Source: Nibricoccus sp.
GTDB taxonomy: Bacteria; Verrucomicrobiota; Verrucomicrobiia; Opitutales; Opitutaceae
Direction of reading: 5' to 3'
DNA length: 64,000 nt
NCBI GenBank assembly: GCA_047602425.1
Contig: JASGHG010000001.1
Location: forward strand, 2,688,001 to 2,752,000
The notes under the pieces were generated by a model. The model did not search any database, was not told where the DNA came from, and was given only the letters and a program-made list of their open reading frames with translations. This document shows, one piece after another, positions 39,024 to 47,753 of this stretch. How positions within the stretch are numbered: the first letter of the stretch is position 1; every line of letters starts with the position of its first letter. The position numbers and the translations under genes are program-made.

Positions 39024-40421
39024 TTAGTTGTAGAGCCAGAATTGGCGCGTTTGCAAATGATAGAGTTGGTCGCGCTGCTGCCAGAGCTGGATGTAGGACT
39101 CGACGTTGACCTTGGCGCCGTCGCGGCGAATGGCGTTCCACCATTCGGTGGAACCGGTGTGGATGTTGAAGCTGCGGGAATCCTTGGCGTTGGCTCTGGC
39201 GAATGGGTTGGAATTAGTGAGCTTGCAGGCGAGACGCATCAGATGGAAGCTGAGCTCCGTGGGACGCCAGGCGGCCCAATCGATCACCTCAATGTAGATG
39301 CCGTAAGCGGGACGGCCCTGTTTGTCGGTGACAGTGATTTTGCGGAAGGCGAGGCCCGGGATACGCAAGACCTCAAGTTCGCGCAGGAGAGTGTCCGTGG
39401 GCAGGCCATTGAACGAGATGCCGCGAAAGGGGAATTGTTCGCCAACGCCGTGCTTGAAGCCGCCGATCTGACAGCCGAGTCCGGTCATGGCGTAACCGAT
39501 GACGGCGGGAAAATCTTGGATCTTGGGCGAGGTTGCGGTGTAGCGGAGCCCGGTCTCGGGCCAGCGCATGCTGCGACGCCAGCCTTTCATGGGAATGATG
39601 GTAAGGCGTCCGCGACGGCGCGTGTTCTCGTCGACATTGAGCATGCCGGGCGTCGACGCAGCCATGCGTGCGATTTCGCCAATGGTGAGGCCGTGGACGT
39701 AAGGGATGGGGTAGGCGCCAACGCCGGAGCCCATCCATTCGCGATCGAGGATGGGGCCATCGACTTTAAAACCGCCGAGAGGATTGGGCCGGTCGAGGAC
39801 GAACACAGGGACGTTGTTTTCGAAACAAGCTTCAATCGCGTACTTCATGCAGACATTGTAGGTATAGGAGCGCACGCCGATGTCCTGGAGGTCGATGACG
39901 AGGACATCGACGCCCTTGAGCTGCTCCTTTGTCGGTTTGTTGTGTTTCCCGTAGAGCGAGTAAGCGGGCAGGCCGGTACGACGGTCTATGGTGTCGGGGA
40001 TGTTTTCGCCGGCGGGGGTGTCGCCATAGATGCCATGTTCCGGTCCGAAGAGCGCGACGAGTTTCAGGTTTGTCGCCTTGCGAAGGATTTCGACGGTAGG
40101 AACACCGAACCGGTTGACACCGGCAGGGTGGGTGAGGAGTCCGACGCGTTTGCCGGCGAGAGGAGCGAAGTTGTCGGCAGCGAGTGTGTCGATGCCGAGC
40201 ATGACCGGGAAAATCAGCTCAAACTTTGGCGGCGTGAAGGAAGGCAGCGCGGGAATGGAGGTGACAGGCTTTTTGCCGTCCGCCGTTGCTGCGCCGGTCT
40301 TGGGGACGGTTTTTGGCGACGCGCTTTTTTTCGCGTTTGGATCGGAACTGCAGGCGGCGAGCACGAACAGCAGAAAAAACGGCAACAGAGAAACAACGAA
40401 GGTGCGAAGAAAGCGGCGCAT
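39024..40421 (-). CDS. namZ: Exo-beta-N-acetylmuramidase NamZ (DUF1343) family lipoprotein
   Basis: Lipobox LAAC; GLLTH, LFGPEHGI, DLQDIGVRSYTY, VLDRPNP, HGLTIGE. Confidence 0.9.
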   Translation of the reverse strand: MRRFLRTFVVSLLPFFLLFVLAACSSDPNAKKSASPKTVPKTGAATADGKKPVTSIPALPSFTPPKFELIFPVMLGIDTLAADNFAPLAGKRVGLLTHPAGVNRFGVPTVEILRKATNLKLVALFGPEHGIYGDTPAGENIPDTIDRRTGLPAYSLYGKHNKPTKEQLKGVDVLVIDLQDIGVRSYTYNVCMKYAIEACFENNVPVFVLDRPNPLGGFKVDGPILDREWMGSGVGAYPIPYVHGLTIGEIARMAASTPGMLNVDENTRRRGRLTIIPMKGWRRSMRWPETGLRYTATSPKIQDFPAVIGYAMTGLGCQIGGFKHGVGEQFPFRGISFNGLPTDTLLRELEVLRIPGLAFRKITVTDKQGRPAYGIYIEVIDWAAWRPTELSFHLMRLACKLTNSNPFARANAKDSRSFNIHTGSTEWWNAIRRDGAKVNVESYIQLWQQRDQLYHLQTRQFWLYN

Positions 40422-40492
40422 TCAGTTTTCGAATGTGGGCAACCACGGGGGCTCGTCGAGTGAGAAGCGCCGGAGTGGGGGAAGAATTTTCT

Positions 40493-41653
40493 TTAAAGCG
40501 CGTGCTGGATGGCGCGCGTCAAGTGAGTGCGCGCTTCACGCAAGGCGCGATCGAGTGGCACATCGGTTGGGGTGATCTCGTGCAGCGTGAGCAAGTCGTG
40601 CGCGGTGGAGGAGGCGATGAGGCCGGCGAAAAGCTGCACGCGTTTTCGGACAGCGAGGGCCTTGGTCAGGAGCGCGCCGGGGCCCTTGCCGCCGAGCGAC
40701 GTCGAATCGAAACGACCTTCGCCGGTGATGACGAGGTCGGCCTGCGCGAGTCGCGTGTCGAGGTCGATGGAGTCGGAAACAAAAGTGAAACCAGGCAACA
40801 GTTTGGCTCGGGCTGCGCAAACCAGGCCAAACGCGATGCCGCCTGCTGCACCCGAGCCTGGAGCATTGGGCAGGGTGAGTGGTTGGTGACAATGAGCGCA
40901 AAGCAGGTGGGCCATGCGTTCACTTGCGGTTTCCAACGCATTGAGTTCATCGGTGTGCAGGCCCTTTTGCGGCGCGAAGACGGCGGCGGCGCCTTTTGGA
41001 CCAAGCAAAGGGTTTGTAACGTCGCAGGCGATATGGATAGGGGGCAGCGTTGCGGGCACGGCACCTTCGATGCGAACAACTTGTTCCCAGCGCGACGGTG
41101 TGGGCGGCCGCAACGGAGTGCCGGTGGCATCGTGGAATTCGAAACCGAGGGCCGTGAGCGCGCCGACACCGAGGTCATGGGTCGCGCTGCCGCCGACGCC
41201 GAGGACGATGGATTTTGCGCCGAGTTCCGCTGCGGCTTTGATGAGCTGGCCGGTGCCGCGTGAAGTGGTTTCCCAGGGATTGCGCTGACCGGGCGGCAGG
41301 AGAGCCAGACCGCTGGCGGTCGCCATTTCGACGATGGCGAGAGTGCTTTCGGCGTCCGAGTCCGGGGAAAATTCGAGTTGGCTCAGTGCGGCGGTTGGTA
41401 TCCGACTTTTGGGTACAAAGGTGAGGCCGGCATCGACGAGTCCGCCGCGGGGGCCGGTGACCTGGCGGGCCACGCGCTGGCCGCCGAGGGCGGAGTGGAG
41501 GACATTTTCGAAACCATCCCCGCCATCGCTCAGCGGGCAGAGGTCAAGTTGCCATTCGGGATGTTTTTCGCCGAGCGCACGGGCGGCGGTCTCGCACGCT
41601 TCGGAGGCGGTGAGCGCATCCTTGAACTTGTCGAAAGCGACGAGCACGCGCAT
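40493..41653 (-). CDS. glxK: Glycerate kinase
   Basis: AFDKFKD.L, PLSDGGDG, EMATASGL, GVGGSATHD, ITGEGRFD. Confidence 0.93.
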   Translation of the reverse strand: MRVLVAFDKFKDALTASEACETAARALGEKHPEWQLDLCPLSDGGDGFENVLHSALGGQRVARQVTGPRGGLVDAGLTFVPKSRIPTAALSQLEFSPDSDAESTLAIVEMATASGLALLPPGQRNPWETTSRGTGQLIKAAAELGAKSIVLGVGGSATHDLGVGALTALGFEFHDATGTPLRPPTPSRWEQVVRIEGAVPATLPPIHIACDVTNPLLGPKGAAAVFAPQKGLHTDELNALETASERMAHLLCAHCHQPLTLPNAPGSGAAGGIAFGLVCAARAKLLPGFTFVSDSIDLDTRLAQADLVITGEGRFDSTSLGGKGPGALLTKALAVRKRVQLFAGLIASSTAHDLLTLHEITPTDVPLDRALREARTHLTRAIQHAL

Positions 41654-41760
41654 GGAGCTAGTCTGTGGAGGTGCGGGTGAGATTAAAGCGAAAAACGGGA
41701 GGATTCGTTTCAATTGGGAATATACTCGGCAGGCGGGTGGTGGAAGGTTTGGCTCCGTGC

Positions 41761-42633
41761 ATGACCTCGCTTGCGCTTATTCTGCTGTTGATCGCAGCGG
41801 TGTTGCATGCGACGTGGAACTACTGGGCAAAGCGCGCGGGAGGCGGGCTGCCTTTTGTGTACCTGGTTAGCGTTATGATCGTTGCGGGCTACGTGCCGGT
41901 GGTGACGACGTGGTTAGTCTGGAAACCGCCAGCCTTGTCATGGTCGATGGCATGGGTGATTTTTGCGAGCGGATGCCTGAAAACTTCCTATTCTTTGTAT
42001 CTGCAACGTGGTTATAAACACGGCGATTTTTCGCTCATCTATCCACTGGCCCGCGGTACGGGTCCGTTGCTTTCGACCGTGGGTGCCGTGATATTGCTTG
42101 GGGAGCGACCGGGGCCGGCGGTGATCGCCGGCGGTTTTGTCGTGGTCGGGAGCATCTTTTATCTCACCGGAGGCCTGCGTTGGTTTGTGCGACGGTCGGA
42201 AGGCGAAGCTTCGGTCAATGGCCTGCGTTATGGTCTGATGTCAGGGGTCTTTATAGCGGCCTATACGCTTTGGGACCGCCAAGGTGTATCCTATTGGTTG
42301 ATACCGCCGGTGCTTTATGATGCGGGCACGGCTTTGACTCAACTCTGTCTGTTGACACCCTTCGCCTGGAGAAGGCGGGCGGAAGTTGCGCGAGAGTGGC
42401 GCGAACACCGCAAGCATGCCTTGGTCATGACGCTCGCGGCTCCGGCCGCGTATGTATTGGTGCTGACGGCCATGAGTTTCACGGCGGTGAGCTACGTTGC
42501 GCCTGCACGGGAGGTGAGCATTCTTATCGGAGCATTTTTTGGCGCGAAGTTTTTAAAAGAGAGCGACCATCGCCGTCGCCTTTGGGCTGCCGCTGCGATG
42601 GTAGTCGGTCTGGTCGCGCTGGCTTTAGGCTGA
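41761..42633 (+). CDS. EamA/DMT family transporter
   Basis: AAVLHATWN, GDFSLIYPLARG, YVAPAREVS; about 10 TM. Confidence 0.9.
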   Translation: MTSLALILLLIAAVLHATWNYWAKRAGGGLPFVYLVSVMIVAGYVPVVTTWLVWKPPALSWSMAWVIFASGCLKTSYSLYLQRGYKHGDFSLIYPLARGTGPLLSTVGAVILLGERPGPAVIAGGFVVVGSIFYLTGGLRWFVRRSEGEASVNGLRYGLMSGVFIAAYTLWDRQGVSYWLIPPVLYDAGTALTQLCLLTPFAWRRRAEVAREWREHRKHALVMTLAAPAAYVLVLTAMSFTAVSYVAPAREVSILIGAFFGAKFLKESDHRRRLWAAAAMVVGLVALALG

Positions 42634-42714
42634 TGAGGGGCAGGAGAGGTGCCTGCGTTTCCACAAGTCGCTTGCATGAATAAGCATTTCGGCCGAGTCT
42701 CGGAATGTCCGTCT

Positions 42715-43410
42715 ATGCTGAAGTCATTTCGCATTTCCCTTTTTGCCCTCTTTGCGTTTGCGGTAGTTCCGCTCTGTGCATCCGGACCTTATCTTGGCAA
42801 AGATGCACCGGATGGAGTTTTGCTTTTGCCGCCGCCGCCACCACCGGGCTCCGCGGAGGATATCGCTGACCGCGAGGCCGCTTTTCAGGTTTATTCGACA
42901 TGCACGCCCGAGCAATTTGCGGCCGGCGTGGATCAGCAGCGTGTGACGATCTTCCATCTCGCCCCTTCCGTCGGGGCGTGGTTCAAACCGGGGAAGTGCC
43001 CGAAAACGGAGGCGTTTTTCAAACAGATCACGGACGAATCTTTTCTTGTGACCCGACCCTTGAAACTGGTTTGGAAACGTCCGCGGCCTTATATCTCCGA
43101 CCCGGTTCGGTTTTCGAAAGTGATCGAGCCGGATCCGAATCCCACGCCCACTTATCCGAGCGGCCATGCGACTCGCGCGACACTTTACGCGCTGATTCTG
43201 GCGGAAATTTTTCCCGAACACCGCGACGAAATTTTGAACAAGGCATTGGAATCAGGCTGGCTGCGCGTGCAAGGCGGTGTGCATACGCCGCTAGACATCT
43301 ATGCCGGACGCACGCTCGGACGCGCAATTGCCCAAGCCTTCCTGCGCAATGCGGAATTTCAGCGCGATCTGGCCGAGGTGAAGGCGGAAATTGCCGCCGC
43401 GCAGAAATAA
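42715..43410 (+). CDS. PAP2-family (class A) acid phosphatase
   Basis: Signal peptide; KxxWKRPRP, YPSGH, RVQGGVHTPLD. Confidence 0.9.
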   Translation: MLKSFRISLFALFAFAVVPLCASGPYLGKDAPDGVLLLPPPPPPGSAEDIADREAAFQVYSTCTPEQFAAGVDQQRVTIFHLAPSVGAWFKPGKCPKTEAFFKQITDESFLVTRPLKLVWKRPRPYISDPVRFSKVIEPDPNPTPTYPSGHATRATLYALILAEIFPEHRDEILNKALESGWLRVQGGVHTPLDIYAGRTLGRAIAQAFLRNAEFQRDLAEVKAEIAAAQK

Positions 43411-43472
43411 CGCACAAACGCGGAAGCCAAAATCTCCGAACGGCGAGTGAAATTGCCCGGGTTGCCCGGCGC

Positions 43473-44684
43473 TTACTTTTTCAACTCGCTCAGGAAAATC
43501 ACGACATCGGAAGGTTTACCCCCGACGCTTGGGTCGGCAGGAGGAACCGAAAGGGTGACCGTTTGCGTGAGACTGCGCACGGGCTGACCTTGAGCGTCGA
43601 GGAATTCCAGCGTGGCTGAATGCTCGCCCGGAGGAAGTTCAAGAGCCGCAAAGCTGAGATACTGCGGAAGGTTATCCCAAGCGCGAATGTCGGCCTGCGG
43701 CGTCGTGGCGGAGGAGGCGATTTTGCTGATAATGCCGACCGTGGCGAGGGCGAGGGCGGTTTTGTCGGTATTGCGGCCGGGGCGATCGGCGGCGACGACA
43801 GCGCCCATCAAGGCGACGTCGCCAACGGTGTCGGAGGCTTGCTTGAAAACAGCTTTGTTGCCGAGCACATGGTCCATGACGCGCCCGCCGCGGGTGGTGG
43901 CTTGGAAATTCAAGTCGTCGAATGGCGGAAGCGCGACGCGACGGCCATCGATTTCGATGCGCGCCGAGCAAATGCGCGAGGGGCGGGTGAAAAACTTCAA
44001 CTCTTCGCCGAATTCGCCGCCGGTGTATTTGGTTGGGCCCTGGCCATATTCGACAAAGAGCATGACGTTGGCCTTGGGATTGTAATTGGGCGGAGTAGTT
44101 CTCCCTTGTTGTTTGGCGTTGGTGCGAGCCCGGGCGAGGGCGTCGGCGCCGTCGCCACCGAATTTTGCCGAAACCAATCCATCGAGGTAATCGAGCAGCA
44201 CGTAGTCGCCGGCGTAGGTTTTGTCGACAGTGTCGCTATCGAGAAGTTCGGCGGTGCGATAGAGGGCGCGGGCATTGTCGGGCTCGCCATCGCGCCAATA
44301 GACGATGCCCCGGTAGAAATTGGCCATCACGCGCTCGTAGGGCTCGCCGATGAAAGGCTTGTCGGACTCGTTGCGGAACAGGCGGCGCGATTTGGCGGCT
44401 TCGCTGTTAATGTTGCCGTAGTTGGCGGCTGCCTGGGCAAGCGCGGAGTCGAGCTTGGCTTTGGCCTCGTCAAACATGTCGCGGCGCAAGGCGGCGGCGG
44501 CGACACGGTATTCCCACAGCACGCGATCCTTTGCGGGTGCCACGGCGAGGTGGGCATTGTTGTCGACCACCGGGTCGCCGGTGTACGGGACCGGCGGTGG
44601 AGGCGGCACGGTTTCGCAGCCGGCGAGGATTATCACCGGCAAGAACAAGCAAAGGCGAAAACGAGTGGAGAGGCTTCGAAACAT
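43473..44684 (-). CDS. COG3014-like lipoprotein (TPR-like N-terminus)
   Basis: Lipobox LAGC; F.GEPYERVM, DNARA, ADIRAWDNLP. Confidence 0.75.
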   Translation of the reverse strand: MFRSLSTRFRLCLFLPVIILAGCETVPPPPPVPYTGDPVVDNNAHLAVAPAKDRVLWEYRVAAAALRRDMFDEAKAKLDSALAQAAANYGNINSEAAKSRRLFRNESDKPFIGEPYERVMANFYRGIVYWRDGEPDNARALYRTAELLDSDTVDKTYAGDYVLLDYLDGLVSAKFGGDGADALARARTNAKQQGRTTPPNYNPKANVMLFVEYGQGPTKYTGGEFGEELKFFTRPSRICSARIEIDGRRVALPPFDDLNFQATTRGGRVMDHVLGNKAVFKQASDTVGDVALMGAVVAADRPGRNTDKTALALATVGIISKIASSATTPQADIRAWDNLPQYLSFAALELPPGEHSATLEFLDAQGQPVRSLTQTVTLSVPPADPSVGGKPSDVVIFLSELKK

Positions 44685-44703
44685 GAAGTGGAAAGAAATG
44701 AAA

Positions 44704-44735
44704 GACGCCGCGCGCGTTGGCAACACGGCGGCGTC
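44704..44735 (-). terminator. Intra-cluster hairpin followed by a U-rich stretch
   Basis: GACGCCGC...GCGGCGTC then TTTCATTTCTTT on the minus strand. Confidence 0.45.
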
Positions 44736-44786
44736 AGGAAAACTGCGGCGGGCGGGACGACGGGCGTGTTGTCCGCTGCGCTGACG

Positions 44787-45773
44787 TTACTTGGACGTCA
44801 GCGTCATATCCTCCATGAGAGCAAGTGCGGTGGCTTCCGTGATATCGCGCACATCGTATTGACGGGCGACGCGACCGGCTTGCTGGCCACGACCGAGAAT
44901 GTCGGCCGAACTCGCTTGGCCGATGATGGCCGAATCAGAAAGACGGACGGCTGTAACCTGAATATCGGGCACCGAGACAACTTTGTCTTCGGAGACGCCG
45001 GTGACTGTGACGTTGCGGCTTGCGACGAGAACCTCGATGGCGACATCGGCCACTTTGGCGAGCGCTTCGCGGTCTTTGCGAGCGGCGTCATTGGCGGGGG
45101 CGACGAAATGATCGAGCGGTTTGTCGGCGATGAGCGAAGCGGCGACTTTTTGGTCGGCCAGCGCGGCGCCGGCCATGCGGAACGGACGGCCGAAAAGGCG
45201 TTCGACTTCACGCACAGTCTGCTTGTCGGCGAGCGTGGGCGCGGTTTTGTCGCCGGCGGTGTAGGTGTTTTGCGCGGAGACCGTGGTGCTCTTCGATTCG
45301 GAGGAGCCTTTACCGTGTCTGGCCGCGTCGTCGCGATTGCCAGTGCTGCCATTGACGACCACGTTGACCTGCGTTTGCGGCGCCGTGGTGGTGCCGGCTG
45401 GTTTGGGATCGCCCTCGAAATTGGATTTCTTTTCGCTTAGCGTGGATTCGGTTTTTTCCGTGCGACCGGAGAGCTTCAAGCCGGCGTTTTCATCGACGAG
45501 CTCGCGGTTGACGAAGAACAGCACGCGGGGCTTGTTGAGTTTTTCGTAAGTGCCACGAAAGGCGTCGATGACTTGTTTGGCCTTTTCTGGAGCGACCAGC
45601 GTACCCGATGGGCCATAGAGACGTTGGGCGGTTTCGGGTGTTTCGGGCGGTGGTGGAGTGGTGACGGGATAGGCCTGTTTGATCGGGACGGGAGGCTCGG
45701 GTTGATCGGCCGCAAAGGCGGGCGCCGAGACCGAGGCCGCGAGGACGAGGGAAAGCGTGAGACGGGTTTTCAT
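44787..45773 (-). CDS. Secreted hypothetical protein, likely CsgG/LpoB/TolB-N fold
   Basis: Signal peptide; KPRVLFFVN...ADVAIEVLV...IQVTAVRLSDSAIIGQAS strand pattern. Confidence 0.65.
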   Translation of the reverse strand: MKTRLTLSLVLAASVSAPAFAADQPEPPVPIKQAYPVTTPPPPETPETAQRLYGPSGTLVAPEKAKQVIDAFRGTYEKLNKPRVLFFVNRELVDENAGLKLSGRTEKTESTLSEKKSNFEGDPKPAGTTTAPQTQVNVVVNGSTGNRDDAARHGKGSSESKSTTVSAQNTYTAGDKTAPTLADKQTVREVERLFGRPFRMAGAALADQKVAASLIADKPLDHFVAPANDAARKDREALAKVADVAIEVLVASRNVTVTGVSEDKVVSVPDIQVTAVRLSDSAIIGQASSADILGRGQQAGRVARQYDVRDITEATALALMEDMTLTSK

Positions 45774-45863
45774 GATCGTGAATGGGACGAAGGGTTGGCC
45801 CGCGTCGAACGGGCAGGGTCGAACCTATTTAAAGACACAATCCGGCGGGAGAAGTGCCGCGGG

Positions 45864-46277
45864 TCAGCGGGCCTGGCGGACGCGGATGGTGTATTTCCGC
45901 GCCTGGTTGTTCATCGAGGTGAAGGTGACCGCCTCGGTGGTGTTTTCGCCAAGGATGAGCGTCTGCCAGGGCGTTTCGTCGCCGGTGGAAACGCCGTCCA
46001 CGGTTTTGAACACACAACCAACCTGGACCTGAATGCGGCGGCTTTCGCGGTTCTTGATGTTGGCGGTGACTTCGAGGCGGCCATCCGGAAGGTCACGGTA
46101 TTGGATGCCCGTGGAGGTGACCGAGTATTGGACCTGTTTATCCATTAGTACGAAGGCCTCGGTATTTTCGAGGGTGTACTTCGTGGTATCTTGCGGGGCA
46201 AACGGGCCGGGCTCGGTGGCGCAACCCGCGAGAAGAGCGAGTGCGGCGGCAGCGAGGGGAAGAGTGAATATTTTCAT
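45864..46277 (-). CDS. ycfL: YcfL (DUF1425) family lipoprotein
   Basis: Lipobox LAGC; DGRLEV...N...IQV...F...G...WQTLIL; directly after the LpoB-like gene. Confidence 0.8.
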   Translation of the reverse strand: MKIFTLPLAAAALALLAGCATEPGPFAPQDTTKYTLENTEAFVLMDKQVQYSVTSTGIQYRDLPDGRLEVTANIKNRESRRIQVQVGCVFKTVDGVSTGDETPWQTLILGENTTEAVTFTSMNNQARKYTIRVRQAR

Positions 46278-46332
46278 GGTGTCGGTAGTCAGTACTGCGA
46301 TGACAGGCACGAACGGGTGCTTGTGCCGTTAA

Positions 46333-46965
46333 TTAACGGTAAGCTGCGTCTTCGAGGCCTTGTTTTTTGATTTCCGACGAACCTTCCCAGATGATCTCGC
46401 TCGTGCGGGCGTCGATGAGCTGGAAGGTATAGAGAACGTAGTCGCTCACGCCTGCCGAGGTGCGGCCGGACATACCGCCGAGTTTGCCGGTAAGGAAGTA
46501 GTCGGCACCTTTGAATTCCACGACGTTTGGATCGGAGCTGGCGGTGACGGCACCTTGTTGCTTGAGGTCACGTTCGCGTTCGAGCGCCTTCATGCGGTCG
46601 CGGGCGAGGAAGCGGACTTTGCCATTGGCGTTTTCGTTGAGCTGCGCGCGAATGCGATCCGTGAACAGATCCTTGTTGATGGCGAAACGCGTTTCGTTGA
46701 CGACCGGATCGATAACGATGCGCGGGGTGACTTTGGCATTGGCGATTTCGGGCGTGCTGAGGATCTTGCGCGCCATCTTGTCGGTGACGGCGACGAGATC
46801 CTGCGATTCGATCCCGGTGCCGGCGACGAAGCCGCGTTCATCGGCTTTCATTTCGGTGACGGGAACGCCCGAGGGATTTTGCACGCCACGGCTGGCGCAA
46901 CCCGCGAGAAAGAGCGATGCGGCCCCGGCGCTGAGGATAACAATTCGTTGTAGGTGGTTTTTCAT
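46333..46965 (-). CDS. lpoB: Penicillin-binding protein activator LpoB family lipoprotein
   Basis: Lipobox LAGC; NET, GADYFLTGKL, FQLID..TSEIIW...EIKK. Confidence 0.85.
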   Translation of the reverse strand: MKNHLQRIVILSAGAASLFLAGCASRGVQNPSGVPVTEMKADERGFVAGTGIESQDLVAVTDKMARKILSTPEIANAKVTPRIVIDPVVNETRFAINKDLFTDRIRAQLNENANGKVRFLARDRMKALERERDLKQQGAVTASSDPNVVEFKGADYFLTGKLGGMSGRTSAGVSDYVLYTFQLIDARTSEIIWEGSSEIKKQGLEDAAYR

Positions 46966-47076
46966 CGGTTTGATCTGAGTAGTGGTAGTCGGAAAAATGC
47001 GGACAATTCAACGGCGGGCGAGCGGGTTTTGCGTCCCGGGCTTGCCGCGCTGCGAGGCCAATCGGGATGCGGCGCC

Positions 47077-47652
47077 TTAGCGGCCGAACATGCCATTGGC
47101 CGAGCTCATATTCGAGGAGCCGCCGTAATAGTTATTGATGATGGTTACGTTTTGCGGCGAAGACGCTGCGGGCTGGGCTGCCTGAGCGGGCGCGGGTTGG
47201 GCTGCGGGCGCGCTCACAACCTGTACGGGCTGGGCATACTCATAGCTCGGCGAGTAATAAACGGGGCGGCTGTAGCTATAATAAAAAGAAGGATAACCCC
47301 ATCCGTATCCATAATGGCGATACGGACGCGCGTGGTATCCGTAGTAGTGCGAACCATAGCCATAACCGACGCCATAGCTCACGCTCACGCGCGGGCCCCC
47401 ATGATAGTAACCGCCACTGTAATAACCGCCGTGGTGCCCTCGCGAATCCGAGGAAGCTCCGATCAACGCTCCGGCGGTTGCGCCGAAAGCGGCTCCAGCG
47501 ACGACGTCGTTGCGGTCTCCAGAAGCGCTGCCAATAATCGCGCCAGCCACGCCACCAATCAAAGCGCCCTTCAGTGCGCGATCAGACGCCTGAGTGGTTG
47601 CCGGTGCAAGCGAGGCAACGAGCAACAAGGATAAAGTAATCGAGGTTTTCAT
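47077..47652 (-). CDS. Glycine-zipper protein with Gly/Tyr/His-rich low-complexity region
   Basis: Signal peptide; GALIGGVAGAIIG...GAAFGATAGALIG; GYYHGG-type repeats. Confidence 0.85.
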   Translation of the reverse strand: MKTSITLSLLLVASLAPATTQASDRALKGALIGGVAGAIIGSASGDRNDVVAGAAFGATAGALIGASSDSRGHHGGYYSGGYYHGGPRVSVSYGVGYGYGSHYYGYHARPYRHYGYGWGYPSFYYSYSRPVYYSPSYEYAQPVQVVSAPAAQPAPAQAAQPAASSPQNVTIINNYYGGSSNMSSANGMFGR

Positions 47653-47680
47653 CGTTTGAATGGGTCTGCGGTTATAGGAA

Positions 47681-47706
47681 GACATGTCATTCCAAGCAAG
47701 GTTTCA
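47681..47706 (-). promoter_or_regulatory. Putative ECF sigma promoter
   Basis: TGAAAC-N16-TGTC, 29 nt upstream of ATG 47652. Confidence 0.55.
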
Positions 47707-47753
47707 GGAATCGCCTCGTCCGGCTGCCGGCTAAAGAGCAAAATGCCTAATAG

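Noticed and set aside
3595..43410. Phosphate/PPi theme (hppA, ppk2, IMPase-like, PAP2)
   Set aside because: Genes are scattered over 40 kb on both strands with no shared motif seen
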